Shown here: piece by piece, positions 49,171-50,489 of the stretch
How the letters are laid out: every line of letters starts with the position of its first letter
Numbering within the stretch: position 1 is the stretch's first letter
Source of the DNA: a bacterium
Lineage (GTDB): Bacteria > UBA8248
Direction: 5' to 3'
Assembly: GCA_963692865.2 (NCBI GenBank)
Contig: CAXXHI010000003.1
Coordinates: 1-50,489 of the forward strand
Length of the DNA: 50,489 bases
Made by a program: the position numbers and the translations under genes
Notes under the pieces: model-generated
Told to the model about the DNA's origin: nothing
What the model saw: only the letters and a program-made list of their open reading frames with translations
Databases searched by the model: none

Positions 49171-50489
49171 ATGGAACTCCCCATGGCGTCGGTCCCCAAA
49201 ATTCTCGTAACCGCTCCCTTCCACCATCTGGAATCTTCGCTCGCCTCTCGCGTGCGCGGCTTGGACCGCGGAGACCCGCTGGCGCACAGGCGCGTGGTCG
49301 TCATCTCGAACCGGCTGCGCGACCACGTCCAGGGCGTGCTCGCGCGCGCGGGCGGCTTCGCCGGGGTGGAGGTTCTGGGCATGATCGACCTGGCGCGCGA
49401 GATTGCCGAGCCGCAGCGCGCGCTGGCGGGACTCACGCGGGTTCATCCGGCCATCGCCGAAATCCTGGCGGAAGAAGCGTTCGAGCGCGCGCGGGGGGAG
49501 TTCGCCTTTTATCGTCCCGGTTCCAGAGGATACGGAGAGAGCCTCTGCGCGACGCTGACCGACCTGGCCGAGGCGAATCTCTCGCCCGATGCCCTGAGGG
49601 AGCTTTCCGCGGAAATCCCCGGTCCCGACGCGGAGCGGATAATAAGGGATTTGGCGCTTCTGGCCGAGCGTTTCCAGCACAAGATGCGGGAGCGGAAATA
49701 CTACGACCGCTCCTTGATGTTCCTGACGGCTTGCGAACGGGCGGAAGACGAACCCCCGCGCGTTCCCACCATCTTCTACGGCTTCGCCGAGATGAACGCG
49801 CTCCAGCGCAGGCTGGCGGCGGCCGTCTGCCGCGAGGCGGAGGCGCAAGCCCTGGTTCCCGCGCAAACGGGCGCGCCCGCGTGCGCTCATGCGCGGCCCT
49901 TGCTCGACTGGTTCGAGCGGCAAGGTTTCCGCAGAGAAGAAGCCGGGCCGCTTGCGCCAAGGCCGCTCTCGTGCCTGGCGGCGGCGCTCTTCGCAGGCCA
50001 CGAAGCCGGGCCTCTTGCGGCGGACGCCCTGCGCGTCGTGGCCGCGCCGACGAGGGGCCGGGAGGCGTGGGAGGCCTGCCGGGAGATGCTGCGGGCGCGG
50101 GAGGATTACGAGAGCGATGACGAGATATGCGTCCTGATGACCGAGCGGGGCGGCTACCAGGAATTGTTCGAGGAGACGCTCCACACCCTCGATATTCCCC
50201 GCCGGACGGAAGAGAGGAATCCCTTATCCGAAGCGCCCGCGGCGCGGTTGTTTCTCCTCATGCTCCGCCTGCCTGTGGAGGGCTACCCGCGCGCGGAGTT
50301 GATGCGTTTTCTGGGTGAGGGAGGCTTCAGCGGCTCGCCGGGGTTTAAGGAGTCGGCGCGGCGATACGGATTCGAGGAACTCGCCGCCGACCCCGTCCTT
50401 GCCTCCAGATGGGAGTTTTTCTCGCGGAGCCTGCCTTACCTGAGAGGCGCGGACGCCTGGCTCTCGGCGCTCGATGACGCCCTGGAGGT
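49171..50489 (+). CDS. addB: AddB/RexB-like ATP-dependent nuclease subunit, 5' part (runs off the window; absent from the ORF track)
   Basis: Frame from ATG 49171/49183 reads DPLA..VVVISN, IFYGFAEMNALQRRL, VVAAP..REA, ICVLM..Y..LF..LDIP, as in AddB N-terminal regions. Confidence 0.7.
   Translation, partial: MELPMASVPKILVTAPFHHLESSLASRVRGLDRGDPLAHRRVVVISNRLRDHVQGVLARAGGFAGVEVLGMIDLAREIAEPQRALAGLTRVHPAIAEILAEEAFERARGEFAFYRPGSRGYGESLCATLTDLAEANLSPDALRELSAEIPGPDAERIIRDLALLAERFQHKMRERKYYDRSLMFLTACERAEDEPPRVPTIFYGFAEMNALQRRLAAAVCREAEAQALVPAQTGAPACAHARPLLDWFERQGFRREEAGPLAPRPLSCLAAALFAGHEAGPLAADALRVVAAPTRGREAWEACREMLRAREDYESDDEICVLMTERGGYQELFEETLHTLDIPRRTEERNPLSEAPAARLFLLMLRLPVEGYPRAELMRFLGEGGFSGSPGFKESARRYGFEELAADPVLASRWEFFSRSLPYLRGADAWLSALDDALE

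Overview
High-GC bacterial chromosomal window, mostly metabolic and transport genes, with repeat-rich intergenic regions and several AT-richer accessory inserts. From left to right: (1) a ~1,844-aa autotransporter whose passenger is four tandem double-Cache-like repeats (true start at 70, one +1 frameshift); (2) a Zn alcohol dehydrogenase and two nucleotide-sugar epimerases around a 1.1-kb mosaic of REP/MITE-like repeats; (3) an HD-domain dNTPase-like gene plus a YwgA-like partner; (4) malQ; (5) a GntR-centred divergent catabolic cluster with a peptide-type ABC binding protein and permeases, two M24 enzymes, an acyl-CoA dehydrogenase and oxidoreductases; (6) a solitary tRNA-Sec; (7) a second, divergent HD+YwgA-like pair whose HD gene carries two in-frame TAG codons, next to a sacsin-type GHKL ATPase/SF2 helicase fusion, with these units delimited by a repeated REP-derived motif; (8) DUF523/DUF1722, a tandem 3-hydroxyacyl-CoA dehydrogenase, a pentapeptide protein and a frameshifted AAA/DUF4143 gene with three 41-bp palindromes upstream; (9) a TPP enzyme, homoserine dehydrogenase, an orphan hicB inside a perfect 72-bp direct repeat, a dihydroxyphthalate-decarboxylase-like gene and the 5' part of addB. 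The best candidates for undescribed biology are the duplicated HD+YwgA-like module (possible nucleotide-depletion defence or toxin-antitoxin system), the Cache-array autotransporter, and a cargo-variable MITE family that inserts into REP hairpins with 5-bp target duplications. All family calls come from motif recognition by eye; no searches were run.
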